Positions 37,536 to 48,116 of a stretch of 64,000 nucleotides of DNA are shown here, piece by piece. Below the pieces are notes generated by a model. That model was not told the DNA's origin, made no database searches, and was given only the letters and a program-made list of their open reading frames with translations. Positions within the stretch are counted from its first letter, which is position 1, and each line of letters begins with the position of its first letter. The translations under genes were made by a program, and so were the position numbers. Source of the stretch: Planctomycetota bacterium (GTDB lineage Bacteria; Planctomycetota; B15-G4; SIAN01); contig JANNXA010000049.1 of assembly GCA_031409275.1 (NCBI GenBank), positions 1 to 64,000 on the forward strand, read 5' to 3'.

Positions 37536-38506
37536 GCGACGGGCTGGTCTTCGTGCTCGGTGCGCCGCGCAGCGGAACGACGCTGTTGCGCGCGATGCTG
37601 AATCGCCACTCGCGCGTCGGGCTGTGCGACGAGACCTTCTTCTTCTACTGGGTCGCGCAGCGCGAGCGGGTCTTCGGTGACCTCGCCGACCCGCGCCGTC
37701 GCGCGCGGGCGATCGACCGCTTCGTCGCGACGCGTCGCATCGAGCGGCTGCGTCTCGATCGCGCGGCGCTGCAGGCGTGCCTGCAGGAGGAGGCGACGAG
37801 CTATCCGGCCTTCTTCGCGTCGCTGCTCCGTTTCTATGCGCGCGCGCAGGGCAAGACGATCGGCGGCGAGAAGACGCCGCAGCACGCCTTGCACGCGGCC
37901 ACGTTGCGGCGCTGGTATCCCGACGCGCGGCTGATCCACCTGATCCGTGATCCGCGCGACGTCGCCGCGTCGCTGAAACGGATGCCGTGGGGCAGCGGCA
38001 GCGCGCTCTCCGATGCCACGTTGTGGCGCGACTGCGTCGAAGGCGCCGAGGCGCTGGCAGGAGATCCGCGGTTCGCACGCGTTCGCTACGAGACCCTCGT
38101 GGAGCAGCCGCAGCCGGAGCTCGAGCGGCTCTGCGCCTTCCTCGGGCTTGCGTTCGAGCCGGGCATGCTGCAAGGCGAGGCGAAGAAGAGCGACCGCTGG
38201 TGGTTCGACCGCGCGCAGGGAGCGCTCGAGAAGTCGCGCGTCGAGCGTTGGCGCAGCGAACTCGACGCCGATGAGGTCGCGATCGTGGAGCGCGTCGCGG
38301 GGCACCACCTTGCGGCGCACGGCTACGTCGCGGCGCAGCCGCCGGCGACGCCGCCGCAGTGGCGCGCGGCGCAGTGGCAGGCGAAGGTCGCCGGACTCAA
38401 GCGTCGCTGGCGCCACCTCCCGGCCACTTTCTGGCGGCTCGTTCGGCCCGATCTCCTGGCGCGCGAGGAACGTGCGATCGACGGCCCTGGCGACCCGATC
38501 GAGTGA
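37532..38506 (+). CDS. PAPS-dependent sulfotransferase
   Basis: 5'-PSB GAPRSGTT, EKTP, 3'-PB RDPRDVAAS, RYETLV. Confidence 0.92.
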   Translation: MSDGLVFVLGAPRSGTTLLRAMLNRHSRVGLCDETFFFYWVAQRERVFGDLADPRRRARAIDRFVATRRIERLRLDRAALQACLQEEATSYPAFFASLLRFYARAQGKTIGGEKTPQHALHAATLRRWYPDARLIHLIRDPRDVAASLKRMPWGSGSALSDATLWRDCVEGAEALAGDPRFARVRYETLVEQPQPELERLCAFLGLAFEPGMLQGEAKKSDRWWFDRAQGALEKSRVERWRSELDADEVAIVERVAGHHLAAHGYVAAQPPATPPQWRAAQWQAKVAGLKRRWRHLPATFWRLVRPDLLAREERAIDGPGDPIE

Positions 38507-38513
38507 GGCAAGC

Positions 38514-38549
38514 GAAGGGCCCGCGCGGCGGCTGCCGAGCGGGCCCTTC
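38514..38549. terminator. GC-rich hairpin between convergent genes
   Basis: GAAGGGCCCGC...GCGGGCCCTTC inverted repeat; no U-tract. Confidence 0.5.
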
Positions 38550-38590
38550 AGTGAATCACGGTCGTGGTCGTCGGGTCGAGCCGCGCTCGC

Positions 38591-39763
38591 TCAGGACGAG
38601 GAGGCCTTCAGCGCGAAGGCCGACTCATCGACGCGCAGCAGCGCCTTCTTGGTGCCCACGCAGACCTCGAAGTTGAGCGAGCCGCGCGTCTGGAAGATCT
38701 CGCAGGCGAGCTTGTTGCCCTTCGCGTCTTCGGAGGTGCCGGTGAGGCGCAGGTTGTCGGGGCGATTGACCGAGTCCTCGAGCACGATCTCGTTCTTCAC
38801 GAGCTGGCGCTGCGCCCGGGTCCGCAGCGGACCGACCTGCGCTTCCGCCTGCGCCCCGAACTGCTGGACGATCGCCTCGAACTGCTTCAGCGCGAGCTCG
38901 GTGGCGGCGTTCGACTGCTCCGCCTCCTCGCGCTCGCGGTTGCGCAGCAGCGCGACGATCTCGCTGCCCTGCTGCATCAAGTAGACGTTCATCGAGCAGT
39001 CGTCGCCCTCGATCTCGAGATCGATGGTGCCGACGATCATCGGCTTGGTGAGGTCGCTGTCGGCGGCCAACGAGCGCTGGTACCAGGTCGACTTGGCATC
39101 GTTGCCGTTCAGCTGCAGGTCGGCGTGGGTGACCGCCACCGCAGCGCAACCCGCGCTGAGCCGCAGCGGACCCCACGCGAGCGTGCACGTGGCGGTTTCG
39201 CCGCCGCCCGCGAGGTCGATGGTCATCAGCGGGACGATCTCGGGAGCATCGCCGACGAAGCGCGCGGCCACCTGATGCGCCGGCTCGTCGCCGATCATCG
39301 TCGGCGCCTGGTCGGCGTGCAGCGGCTCGTAGACGATGAAGCTCCAGGCGTTCTCGCCGGTGGCGATCAGGTTGAAGCCGTAGCGGCCCGGCTGGATCAG
39401 CTGGTCGCCGAAGAAGATCGGCGCGCCCTTCACGGTGATCGTGGAGATCTCGGCCGGCCCGGTGCCGGCGCCCATGCGCCACGGCTGGCCCGCCTGCGCG
39501 ATCTGCGCCATCTGGCCCAGGCGATCATCGCTCCATTCCGGCTGGCCATGCTCGACGGTCAACGTCGCTTCGCCCACCTTGGTGGTCGACGTGTGGCGCG
39601 TCGGGCCCTTCGGCGCCGCATCCTGCGTCGGCGCGCTCGCAGCGGGTGCGCCGGTCGCGGGCGGGGTGGCGGGAGCCGGGGTGGCTGGCTGTTGGGCATG
39701 GGCCGTTGCAGCAAGGACGAGAGTGGCCAGGCAAAGGGCACTCTGGGTGAGGCGCGCAGACAT
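38591..39763 (-). CDS. secreted DUF2911-like protein with C-terminal extension
   Basis: Signal peptide (…ATAHA), Pro/Ala linker, LTVEHGQP...WRMGA...IQPGRYG...LAWG; AAGGAGG SD. Confidence 0.65.
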   Translation of the reverse strand: MSARLTQSALCLATLVLAATAHAQQPATPAPATPPATGAPAASAPTQDAAPKGPTRHTSTTKVGEATLTVEHGQPEWSDDRLGQMAQIAQAGQPWRMGAGTGPAEISTITVKGAPIFFGDQLIQPGRYGFNLIATGENAWSFIVYEPLHADQAPTMIGDEPAHQVAARFVGDAPEIVPLMTIDLAGGGETATCTLAWGPLRLSAGCAAVAVTHADLQLNGNDAKSTWYQRSLAADSDLTKPMIVGTIDLEIEGDDCSMNVYLMQQGSEIVALLRNREREEAEQSNAATELALKQFEAIVQQFGAQAEAQVGPLRTRAQRQLVKNEIVLEDSVNRPDNLRLTGTSEDAKGNKLACEIFQTRGSLNFEVCVGTKKALLRVDESAFALKASSS

Positions 39764-39873
39764 CGAATCCTCCTTCGAACGGAACGCTTGAGCGGCACCG
39801 CAGGGGGCTTCCGGACGCTTCCGGTCGCGGTGCCGGACGGGGCGCGAGAGTACCGAACACGAGCCGCGGGCGC

Positions 39874-40833
39874 TCAAGTTCCCGCGCTCTCGCCGTTCTG
39901 CCGCGGCGGCTGCAGGTCGGCCACCGTTCCGAGGCGCGCTTCGCACACTTGCTGGAAGAAGCAGCGGCGACATTCGTGGACGTCGGTGGTCGGCGGGAAG
40001 TCCTCGATGCGGGCGCTGTTGGCGGCGCGATCGACGAGCCGCTCCCGCATCGCCTCGGCGCTGGCGCGAACCTTCTCGGCGGCCCCGTCGAGCGCGGTGG
40101 CGCTGATCGGCACCTCGATCACGGTGCCGCTTTGGAGCATCACGTCGAATGCGCGCAGGCGCGTCGGATCGAGTCCCCACTTGGCGCGCGCGAAATGGGC
40201 GTAGGCGAGCAGCTGGAACGCGTGGTCGTTGCGCTCGCCGCCGGTCTTCCAGTCGAGCAGCCAGGTCTCACCGTCGCGGTCGAAGGCGAAGTCGGGGGCG
40301 ACGAAGCACGGCACGCATCCGATCGGCGCGACCTCGAGCTCGTCGATCGAGCGCCAGTGCGCCGGCCCGACCCGCTCGATGTCGCGTGCCAGCTCGCTGT
40401 CGAGGTGGTGGCGCACGCAGGCGACGGCGTGGTCGCGCAGCGCGGTCAGTTCGCTTGGCGCGATGGACAGCGCGAAGTAGTGCTCGAAGAGAGGCGGCGC
40501 CTGCTTGGGGCCGACGGTGCGCCAGCGCTCCTGCTTCGACGCGACCCACGCATCGTTCATGCGCTGGCGCAGCTGCTCGTACGGAGGGGTCGGCGTACGG
40601 CCGGCGGCGCGCGCGCGCAACAGGTCGGCAAGCGTGGCGTGGACCGCCGTGCCCGCCATCATCTTCAGCGTCGCCATCTTGCTGAAGAAGTAGGCGCGTT
40701 GCGCGAGCTCGGGCGCGCCGCGCGACCAGCCGCCCCAGAAAGCGTAGTAGCGCAGCCAGTAGCGCCGCTGGCAGGTCGCGAAGGTCTGCGCGCGCGAGAA
40801 CGACCAGGTGAACTCGTTCTTCAGCTCGGCCAT
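39874..40833 (-). CDS. PD-(D/E)XK nuclease, Cas4/AddB-like with Fe-S Cys set
   Basis: WSFSR...C.RRYW, GTAVH, APD...LLDWKTG, QL..Y, C-terminal CRRCFFQQVC. Confidence 0.85.
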   Translation of the reverse strand: MAELKNEFTWSFSRAQTFATCQRRYWLRYYAFWGGWSRGAPELAQRAYFFSKMATLKMMAGTAVHATLADLLRARAAGRTPTPPYEQLRQRMNDAWVASKQERWRTVGPKQAPPLFEHYFALSIAPSELTALRDHAVACVRHHLDSELARDIERVGPAHWRSIDELEVAPIGCVPCFVAPDFAFDRDGETWLLDWKTGGERNDHAFQLLAYAHFARAKWGLDPTRLRAFDVMLQSGTVIEVPISATALDGAAEKVRASAEAMRERLVDRAANSARIEDFPPTTDVHECRRCFFQQVCEARLGTVADLQPPRQNGESAGT

Positions 40834-40879
40834 GGCGGGAACTGTAGCGCGATCGAAGCGCGCGTCGCGGAGCGCGCGG

Positions 40880-43800
40880 TCATGGCGAGGACAGCGGAAT
40901 GCGCAGCTCCGGCTCGCCCTTCAGCGTGATCGAGCGATCGATCGGCTGGCCGCGCAGCGATCCGTGCACGCGATAGGTCCCCGGCGCGAAGCGGCCAAGT
41001 CGCACGGCGTTCTGCTGCCACGGCGCGTTCAGCGCCTCGCTCAGTTCACCGAGTCCGAACAGCGTCAGTGGCAGCGGCCCTTGCGGACCGTCGATGGTGA
41101 GGGAAAGCGTGGCGAGATCGGCGAACTCGATGTCGCCGAGCAGCGCGAAAACCTCGGTGCCGCCGGTCAGTTCGAGTCGCACTCGGGCGATCTGTCCGAC
41201 GCTGGCGCGAACCGCGCGAGCCGTCGCCGTCGCGTGGCCGGCGGCGCGTGCGACCACGTCCCAGCTGCCCTCCGGCACGCCGCTGTACTCAAAGGCGCCC
41301 TCGCTGTCGCTCGAGACGCTCGACCACTCCTCCAGGAATCCTCCGCTGGCCGGATTGCGCAGGAAGAGCGATCCGTTCGCCACCGGCTTGCCCGCGCTGT
41401 CGACGAGCGTGCCGGCGATGGTCGCGGCGCGTGGCAGGCGGATCTCGCCGAGATCGACCGTGCCGGTCGCCGGCGCTTGCGCCGGAGTTGCCGCGAGCGC
41501 GTGGTCGCGTGAACGATTGGAGAGCAGATCGCCGCCGCCGGCGATCACTCGGCAGGCGCCGGCCGGGACCCGCGGCAGCGTGAAGCGGCCGTCCGCATTG
41601 GTGCGCACGGCCATCGTGCGGCGCATGGCCATTTCCATCGCGTTGGCCGATCCGCCGTCGGTCGCGGCGGCGAGGTAGATGGCGATCCCGGCCAACGGGA
41701 CGCCGCTTTCCGCATCGACCACCGCGCCGGTGAGGGCGCCTGCGGGCACGTCGATCGTGACATCGACGGTCGAGCCTTCCTTGAGCAGGACCGGAACCAG
41801 CGCGGCGTTCATGTCGCCGGCCGCGAAGTCACCGCCATGGACCTGCACGAAGGCGCGACCGGCCTGCAGAGCGTCGAATCGAAACGACCCGTCCGCCTCG
41901 GTGGTGGCCGCGGCCACGCCGCTCGAGCGTCCCTCTTCTCCCGATCCGATCACCTGAACCATCGCACCCGCGAACGGGCGTCCGCCGCTGGTGACGCGGC
42001 CCTCGAGCGCAGCGTGCCCTTGCGTCTGCGCGCCGAAGTCGACGCGCAGCTGCTCACCGGGCTTCAGGCGGACCGACTGCGTCTCGATCTGCCCCTGCAT
42101 CTCCTTCATGAAGTCGTCGCCGCCGATGGCGAGGTTCGACGGCATGCGCGTCAGCGCGAAGTTACCGGCGGCGAGCCCCTCGATGCGGTAGGCGCCGTTG
42201 GCGTCGCTCTTGGTCGACTGCATCGAGAAGCGCGTGAGGTCCTGGCACATGATGCTGGCGCCGGCGATCGGTGCCCGGTCGCTGCCGCGCACCTCGCCGA
42301 AGATCACGGCACCCGCGTCGAGTTCGACCTGGAGCTCCGCGGACGTCTCGCCCGCGGCGAGTGGCGGCGCCGTGAGCTCCACTTCGACGAATCCTTCGGC
42401 TCGAACGGCGATGCGATGGGCGCCGGCGCCGAGGCCGCCGATGCGGAATCGTCCGTCGCCGTCGCTCTTGGCGCCGACCGGCTGCAGCATGCGCGAGACC
42501 ATCTGCTGCAACATCGCCTGGTCGGCCTGGAGCTGGCGCACGCTCGCGCCGACGACCGGACGACCGTCTACGGCGGCGACCACGCGACCGAGCAGGACCG
42601 CCTCCGCTTGCAGCGAAGCGATGACGCCGCGCTTGGTCGCCCCCTCTTCAAGCGTGAACCACTCGCTGCGCCAGTCGCCGTGACCTTCGGCCGCGATCGT
42701 GAGGCGCAGGTCGCCCGGCTCGACGCCGGCGACGCGGAACTTGCCGTTCTCGGTCGCGAACGGCAGCGCGAGCTGTTGCAGCCCCTGGAAAGAGGATGCA
42801 TCGAACATGGAAGTCGGTTCAGCGGCACGCCGCTCGATTCGGAGCTCGAAGCTCTTCAGCGCTTTTCCGGTCACTCGCGAGAGGGCGATTCCCTCGATGG
42901 CACCGCGCGTGGCGAGCCGCAGTTCGACTGCCGTGGCGTTCGCCGCAGCCTCCGTCTTCGCCTCCTGATAGCCCGCGGCGCGCGCGACGACTTCGAGCTT
43001 GAAGTCGACGAGCCCGGTCAGCACGAAGGCGCCGTCGGCGTCGCATTCCGCGAAGCGGCGGCCGGCACCGGTGGCGGCGCGCATGACATTGGCGAGCGAA
43101 CTCGGCTCGCTGGCGGAGACGCGCGCGCCGCCGATGGGGGTGCCGTCCTTGGCGAGCACGTGGCCGCGCAGCTCGCGGCCTTTGGCGAGCTGCAGTTCGA
43201 CCGCGATCTCGGGTGCGGAGAGATCGACCACGACTTCGCGTCGGCACTCGACCCATGGCGGGAGATCGACGCGGACGTAGTAGCGGCCGGCGGCGATCCC
43301 GACGAAACGCGTCTGGCCTTCGGCGTCAAGCCGCTTGCGCACGCCGCGCACCGCGTCGCCCTGCGCCGTCATCTCGTCGAGCTTCAGGTCGGCGCGCTCG
43401 AGGCGGCAGAGCGCTGTGGCGACCGGCGCGCCGACGGCGTCGCGTGCGGTGACGGCGATCGTCGCGCCGCGCGACAGCGAGAGCTCGACTTCAGCGGTGC
43501 GTCCGGCGACGGTCGCCACCGTGACCGTCGGCGAACTCGCGAAGCCGTTGGCGTGCGCCGCGACGTGGAGCTCGAGTCCACCGGGGACGCCCGCCAGCGC
43601 GAACGCGCCGCTCGCGTCGCTGATGGCGCTCGCGGGTTTGCGCAGATCGAGTCCTTGCGCCGAGAACATGGCGAATGGATCGAAGTGCGTGCCGGCGACG
43701 ACGCGCGCGCCGGCGAAAGGGACCCCGTCGGGATCGAGGACGCGACCGCGGACGCTCGCCCCGTCGATCAGCAGGAGCTCGATCGGCGCCGGCTCCGCTT

Positions 43801-44395
43801 CCTTGCCGAGGTCGACGACGACGGGCTTCACGCACTCGGCCAATTCGGCGACCGCGTCGATCGTGAGTCGAATCGAATCGGCGATCGGCAATTCGAAGCG
43901 GCCGTCGGCGTCGGTGCGCGTTTGCGCGGTGGGATCGGAGCGCTCCTCGGTGTCGTCGCGCTCTTCGGTGGGAAGAGCGTCCTGTTCCGGCCAGGGCATG
44001 GCGCCCAGCGAGTCGAGGTCGTGCTGCGCCGCCGCCGGACGCGAGCTTCCGCGCGCGTCGGCGAGTCCCCGCTCGATTGACTGGCGTGCGAGTGGCGCCT
44101 GGCCGCGATGGGCGCGGACGAGCGCGTCAGCGGCGGGGCGGCCATCGGCGGCGAAGTGGACGACGCCGCGGATCGTATGACGCGCGGTGGCGGTCGCCGC
44201 TCGACTCGCCGTATCACGCTGCGCCGCGACTCCGACGTCGCTGCTGGCGGCGTCGGCGAGCGCGCTGCTGCCGTCGGCGCGCTTCGCCGCCGCGGGCGCC
44301 GCTCCGAGCTTCGGTCCCGTGGCGCGCTGGTTCCAGAAGGCAAGTCCGGCAAGGAGCAACGCGGCGATGAGCAGCCACGGGGCGGCGCGTTTCAT
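40880..44395 (-). CDS. large membrane-anchored protein with carboxypeptidase-regulatory-like beta-sandwich repeats
   Basis: N-terminal TM; repeated G.V.D..G.P..GA.V and TDADGRF units. Confidence 0.85.
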   Translation of the reverse strand: MKRAAPWLLIAALLLAGLAFWNQRATGPKLGAAPAAAKRADGSSALADAASSDVGVAAQRDTASRAATATARHTIRGVVHFAADGRPAADALVRAHRGQAPLARQSIERGLADARGSSRPAAAQHDLDSLGAMPWPEQDALPTEERDDTEERSDPTAQTRTDADGRFELPIADSIRLTIDAVAELAECVKPVVVDLGKEAEPAPIELLLIDGASVRGRVLDPDGVPFAGARVVAGTHFDPFAMFSAQGLDLRKPASAISDASGAFALAGVPGGLELHVAAHANGFASSPTVTVATVAGRTAEVELSLSRGATIAVTARDAVGAPVATALCRLERADLKLDEMTAQGDAVRGVRKRLDAEGQTRFVGIAAGRYYVRVDLPPWVECRREVVVDLSAPEIAVELQLAKGRELRGHVLAKDGTPIGGARVSASEPSSLANVMRAATGAGRRFAECDADGAFVLTGLVDFKLEVVARAAGYQEAKTEAAANATAVELRLATRGAIEGIALSRVTGKALKSFELRIERRAAEPTSMFDASSFQGLQQLALPFATENGKFRVAGVEPGDLRLTIAAEGHGDWRSEWFTLEEGATKRGVIASLQAEAVLLGRVVAAVDGRPVVGASVRQLQADQAMLQQMVSRMLQPVGAKSDGDGRFRIGGLGAGAHRIAVRAEGFVEVELTAPPLAAGETSAELQVELDAGAVIFGEVRGSDRAPIAGASIMCQDLTRFSMQSTKSDANGAYRIEGLAAGNFALTRMPSNLAIGGDDFMKEMQGQIETQSVRLKPGEQLRVDFGAQTQGHAALEGRVTSGGRPFAGAMVQVIGSGEEGRSSGVAAATTEADGSFRFDALQAGRAFVQVHGGDFAAGDMNAALVPVLLKEGSTVDVTIDVPAGALTGAVVDAESGVPLAGIAIYLAAATDGGSANAMEMAMRRTMAVRTNADGRFTLPRVPAGACRVIAGGGDLLSNRSRDHALAATPAQAPATGTVDLGEIRLPRAATIAGTLVDSAGKPVANGSLFLRNPASGGFLEEWSSVSSDSEGAFEYSGVPEGSWDVVARAAGHATATARAVRASVGQIARVRLELTGGTEVFALLGDIEFADLATLSLTIDGPQGPLPLTLFGLGELSEALNAPWQQNAVRLGRFAPGTYRVHGSLRGQPIDRSITLKGEPELRIPLSSP

Positions 44396-44655
44396 GGATC
44401 GAGCTCCAGTGGAAAGGGGGCGACAGGAGCAAACGTAGGTCCCCGAGCTCCGTCCCAGCGCTGCGCGCACGTCGGACGGCGAAGGCCGGTCACCAACGTG
44501 GCGTCGGTGTGCCGATTCGACTCAGTTCGAATCGGGGCGCCTCCGCTTTACTCTCCCGCCCGTTCCGCTCGAAACAGCAACGATCGCGGCCATCGCAACG
44601 GCCGCTCGTCCACGCACGCCGGCCGTTCGTTCGGCCGACCCAGGAGCCCGCTGAC

Positions 44656-47118
44656 ATGAGGACTGCTCGTTGGATGGCGACCGCGTTGGTCGCGACGGCC
44701 ACGCTCACGACGGCTGCGCTGGCGATGTTGCCGCGCGCCAACGCGACGATCGCGAACGCTTCCCCGATCGGCGCGGCGGTCGCGACGTCACTGGTGGTCG
44801 CGCCGCCGACGGTGGCGTCGGATGCCGGCCCGCGGGTGGTCCTGCTGGGCTTCGACGGCGCCTCGCACCACCTCGCGGAACAGTTCATCGCCGAGGGGCG
44901 GATGCCGTGGGCGAAGAAGTTGATGGAGCAGGGCGCCTTCCTGCCGCTCGGTTCCGCCAACCCGTCCGAATCGCCGGTGGCGTGGGCGTCCGTCAACAGC
45001 GGCCAGAACCCGGGCAAGACCAACATCTTCGGTTTCATCCGCCGCACGTTCCGGTGGTCCGAGCTCACCGACGAGAAGGGGCAGCCGAAGCTCGTCGGCA
45101 GCGTGATCCCGACGATCGGCTACAGCCGCGGCGCCGACCTCGCGTTCCGCGACGGCTTCACCATGCCGTCGCATCAGAACGACTTGTCGGTGAAGAACTT
45201 CTGGGACCTGCTCGACGACGCCAAGCTCTCCTCGCGAGTGCTGCAGGCGGCGTGCAACTACCCGGCGACCGGCGGTCCGAACACCAAGCTGCTGGCAGGC
45301 CTCTCCGTGCCCGACGTGCGCGGCGGCCCCGGCACCTACCTCGTCTACACCAACAGCGAATGGGAGTTCAACCGCTCGACCGGCAACGGCGGGCAGGTGC
45401 TGAAGTACAAGGTCATCTGCCCGAAGTGCAAGAACAAGAGCTTCTCCTTCACCAAGGGCTGCGCGAAGTGCGCGGACGGCAACAAGGTCGGCTACTTCGA
45501 GACCAAGCTCTCGGGGCCGGAGAACTTCGTCGAAGCGCAGAAGTGGGCGCGCAAGATCGCCGAGCTGCAGAAGGCGTTCGATGCGGCGAAAGAAGGGGCG
45601 CCCGAGAAGCAGCAGCTGACCAAGGACCTGAACACGGCGAAGAATGACCGCAAGAAGTGGGAGGCGGACAAGGGCAACGCCTCGGTGCCGCTGTCCGGCC
45701 TCGTCGACAAGGCGGCCGGAACCATCAAGTTCACGCTGTCGGGCCAGGACGTCTTGCTGAAGGAGGGCGAGTGGTCGCCCTACATCCCGGTGACGTTCGA
45801 CGTCGAGGGTGCGTTCGCAGTGAAGGCGACGGCGCACCTGCACGTGTCGCAGTGCAATGCGACGGCAGAGGACGTGAAGTTCTATCTGCCGGCGATCACG
45901 GCGGCCGCCGACGCCACGCCGCCGAACATGCCGATCACCTCGCCGCGCGAGTTCGGGGCGGAGCTGGTGAAGGACGTCGGCTACTTCGACACGATCGGCT
46001 GGTCGTGCCAGACGCACGCGCTGAAGGATGACGAGATCGGCGACCTCTCGTTCATGTCGGCCATCTGGGACACGATCCAGTGGCGCCGCAAGATGCTGAT
46101 CGCGCAACTCGACAAGAATGACTGGCGGACGCTGTTCCAGGTCTTCGGCGAGACCGATCGCGTCTGCCACATGATGTACCGCTTCTTCGACCCCAAGCAC
46201 CCGCAGTACAAGGCCGAGGATGCCGCGAAGATGGTCCGCTTCGGTCCGCGCGAGATCGCGGCAAAGGACGCCATCCCGGCGATCTACGAGGAAGTCGACA
46301 AGACCATCGGCATCGTGATGGAGCGGCTCGAAGCGGGCAAGCTCGGCGACTGCACGCTGATGGTCTGCTCGGACCACGGGTTCAGCTCGTTCCGCGAGGA
46401 GGTCGAGCTCAACGCTTGGCTCGTCGACCAGGGCTTCATGACGCTGAAGACCGAGCCCGACGGCAAGCCGACCACCAACAAGTCGTTCCTCGGCTACGTC
46501 GACTGGGCGAAGACGAAGGCCTACTCCGTCGGCATCGGGACGATCTACCTGAACGTGAAGGGGCGCGAGCCCAATGGCAGCGTCGACCCGGCCGACTACG
46601 ACAAGGTCTGCGATGAGCTGATCGCGAAGATGCTGGCCTACCGCAATCCGAACAAGGAATCGCCCAACGATCCGCAGGTCTTCAAGGGCGCGTGGAAGCG
46701 CAGCGAGTACCTCGCGGGACCGTTTGCCACCGACCTGCGCGACGCCAAGGGGCGCTGCACGGAAGGGGCGGCCGACGTCCAGGTTGGTTTCAACGTCGGC
46801 TACCGCGTCGGCTGGGGCACGGCGATGGGCGACCGCAGCAAGGACGCCATCATCTTCCCGAACAAGAACCGCTGGTCGGGCGACCACACCTCGGTCCATC
46901 CGTACCTCGTGCGCGGGATCTTCTTCTGCAGCAAGAAGGTGGCGCCCGGTTCGGCTCCGCACCTGCAGGACCTCGCGCCGACGATCCTCGCCCTCCACGG
47001 CGTGCCGGTGCCGGCCGACATGGATGGCCACCTGATCGCGCTGCCGGGTCTCGAGGAGTTGGCGAAGAAGCACGTCGGCGGCAGCGCCAATCGCGAGTCG
47101 CTGATTCCGCCGAACTGA
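44656..47118 (+). CDS. exported AlkP/nucleotide pyrophosphatase-superfamily protein with CxxC..CxxC insert
   Basis: Signal peptide; LLGFDG, PSESPVAW, DRVCH, SDHG, WSGDH; insert CPKC...CAKC. Confidence 0.85.
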   Translation: MRTARWMATALVATATLTTAALAMLPRANATIANASPIGAAVATSLVVAPPTVASDAGPRVVLLGFDGASHHLAEQFIAEGRMPWAKKLMEQGAFLPLGSANPSESPVAWASVNSGQNPGKTNIFGFIRRTFRWSELTDEKGQPKLVGSVIPTIGYSRGADLAFRDGFTMPSHQNDLSVKNFWDLLDDAKLSSRVLQAACNYPATGGPNTKLLAGLSVPDVRGGPGTYLVYTNSEWEFNRSTGNGGQVLKYKVICPKCKNKSFSFTKGCAKCADGNKVGYFETKLSGPENFVEAQKWARKIAELQKAFDAAKEGAPEKQQLTKDLNTAKNDRKKWEADKGNASVPLSGLVDKAAGTIKFTLSGQDVLLKEGEWSPYIPVTFDVEGAFAVKATAHLHVSQCNATAEDVKFYLPAITAAADATPPNMPITSPREFGAELVKDVGYFDTIGWSCQTHALKDDEIGDLSFMSAIWDTIQWRRKMLIAQLDKNDWRTLFQVFGETDRVCHMMYRFFDPKHPQYKAEDAAKMVRFGPREIAAKDAIPAIYEEVDKTIGIVMERLEAGKLGDCTLMVCSDHGFSSFREEVELNAWLVDQGFMTLKTEPDGKPTTNKSFLGYVDWAKTKAYSVGIGTIYLNVKGREPNGSVDPADYDKVCDELIAKMLAYRNPNKESPNDPQVFKGAWKRSEYLAGPFATDLRDAKGRCTEGAADVQVGFNVGYRVGWGTAMGDRSKDAIIFPNKNRWSGDHTSVHPYLVRGIFFCSKKVAPGSAPHLQDLAPTILALHGVPVPADMDGHLIALPGLEELAKKHVGGSANRESLIPPN

Positions 47119-47249
47119 AGGCGCGTCGCGCGACGAAGCCCATGAATGCAGCGCGGGCGGCTCGGGAGATCCCGGGCCGCCCGCGTCGTTTCCGTTCGAG
47201 TCATCGCCGGCCATCGCCGGTCGGTGGCGTCACGCGTTCGTGCGCGCGA

Positions 47250-47831
47250 TCACTGCTGCGCGCCCGTCTCCTCCTCGTCCTCGCCTTCAGCGCCGAGATA
47301 GCCGAGCGCCTTCAGCTGGTCGAGCGCGCCCGAGTCGCCCGCCTCCATGAACTTCTGCTCGCAGAACTTCGCGACGCGCTTCAGCTTTTTCATCACGACC
47401 GCGTCGGTCCCGAACTTCTTCTTCGCCACCTCGAGCAGGTCCAGCGCAACCTTCGGGTGATCGCTCTCCGCGAGGCCGATCCCGAGCGAGGCGTACTGCT
47501 CCGCCGTCAGCACCGCGGTCGACGCGGCCATCTGTTGCACCGCCGCCTTGCCGGCGTCGTCACCGTTGCCGCGCGCGGACGCGGTGATCTTGTCGCTCCA
47601 CGCCTGCGCCTTCTCTTCGGCGGTCGCCTTGGAGTCGGCAAGCGCCGCGTCGAGCGCCACAAGGGCCGCCTTCCACTCCTCCTTGGCGGCGGCGCTAGTC
47701 GCGTCGTCGAGGAGTTCGCTTGCGCTCTTGCCGGAGGTTGGCGCTCCACCGGAGTCGGTCGGCTTCTGGTCGCCGCATGCCGCGACGAGTGAGAGAGCGA
47801 TCAGGGCGGTGAGCAGGTGCGTGGGGCGCAT
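47250..47831 (-). CDS. helical lipoprotein with LKALGYL motif near the C-terminus
   Basis: Lipobox LVAAC; alpha-helical body; ...ALDQLKALGYLGAEGEDEEE. Confidence 0.75.
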   Translation of the reverse strand: MRPTHLLTALIALSLVAACGDQKPTDSGGAPTSGKSASELLDDATSAAAKEEWKAALVALDAALADSKATAEEKAQAWSDKITASARGNGDDAGKAAVQQMAASTAVLTAEQYASLGIGLAESDHPKVALDLLEVAKKKFGTDAVVMKKLKRVAKFCEQKFMEAGDSGALDQLKALGYLGAEGEDEEETGAQQ

Positions 47832-48116
47832 GAATTCAAAGTGCTCCGTAGCGGAAGTAGGGGGGGCGAGAGCGTAGCGGCGAAAGTGTCTTTGGCCGCG
47901 GAGGCCGCCGTGCTGCTTGGACGGCGGTCGCCCGCTCGCGTCGATGGTCGGCGCGGGACCCTACCTCGCCTCCGCGCCGCCGGCACCGCCTTGACGAGCC
48001 GCAAAGCGAAGGTATCTATTCCGCCTCCAATGAGAGTGCGATCGGAGTGCGATTGGAGTGCGACCGCTTCGGAGGCGGGCGCTGCCGTTGCCCGATCTCG
48101 CCGTCTTGAGGGCCCG

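Noticed and set aside
39874..40833. cas4 of a CRISPR-Cas system
   Set aside because: No cas1/cas2 or array in the window
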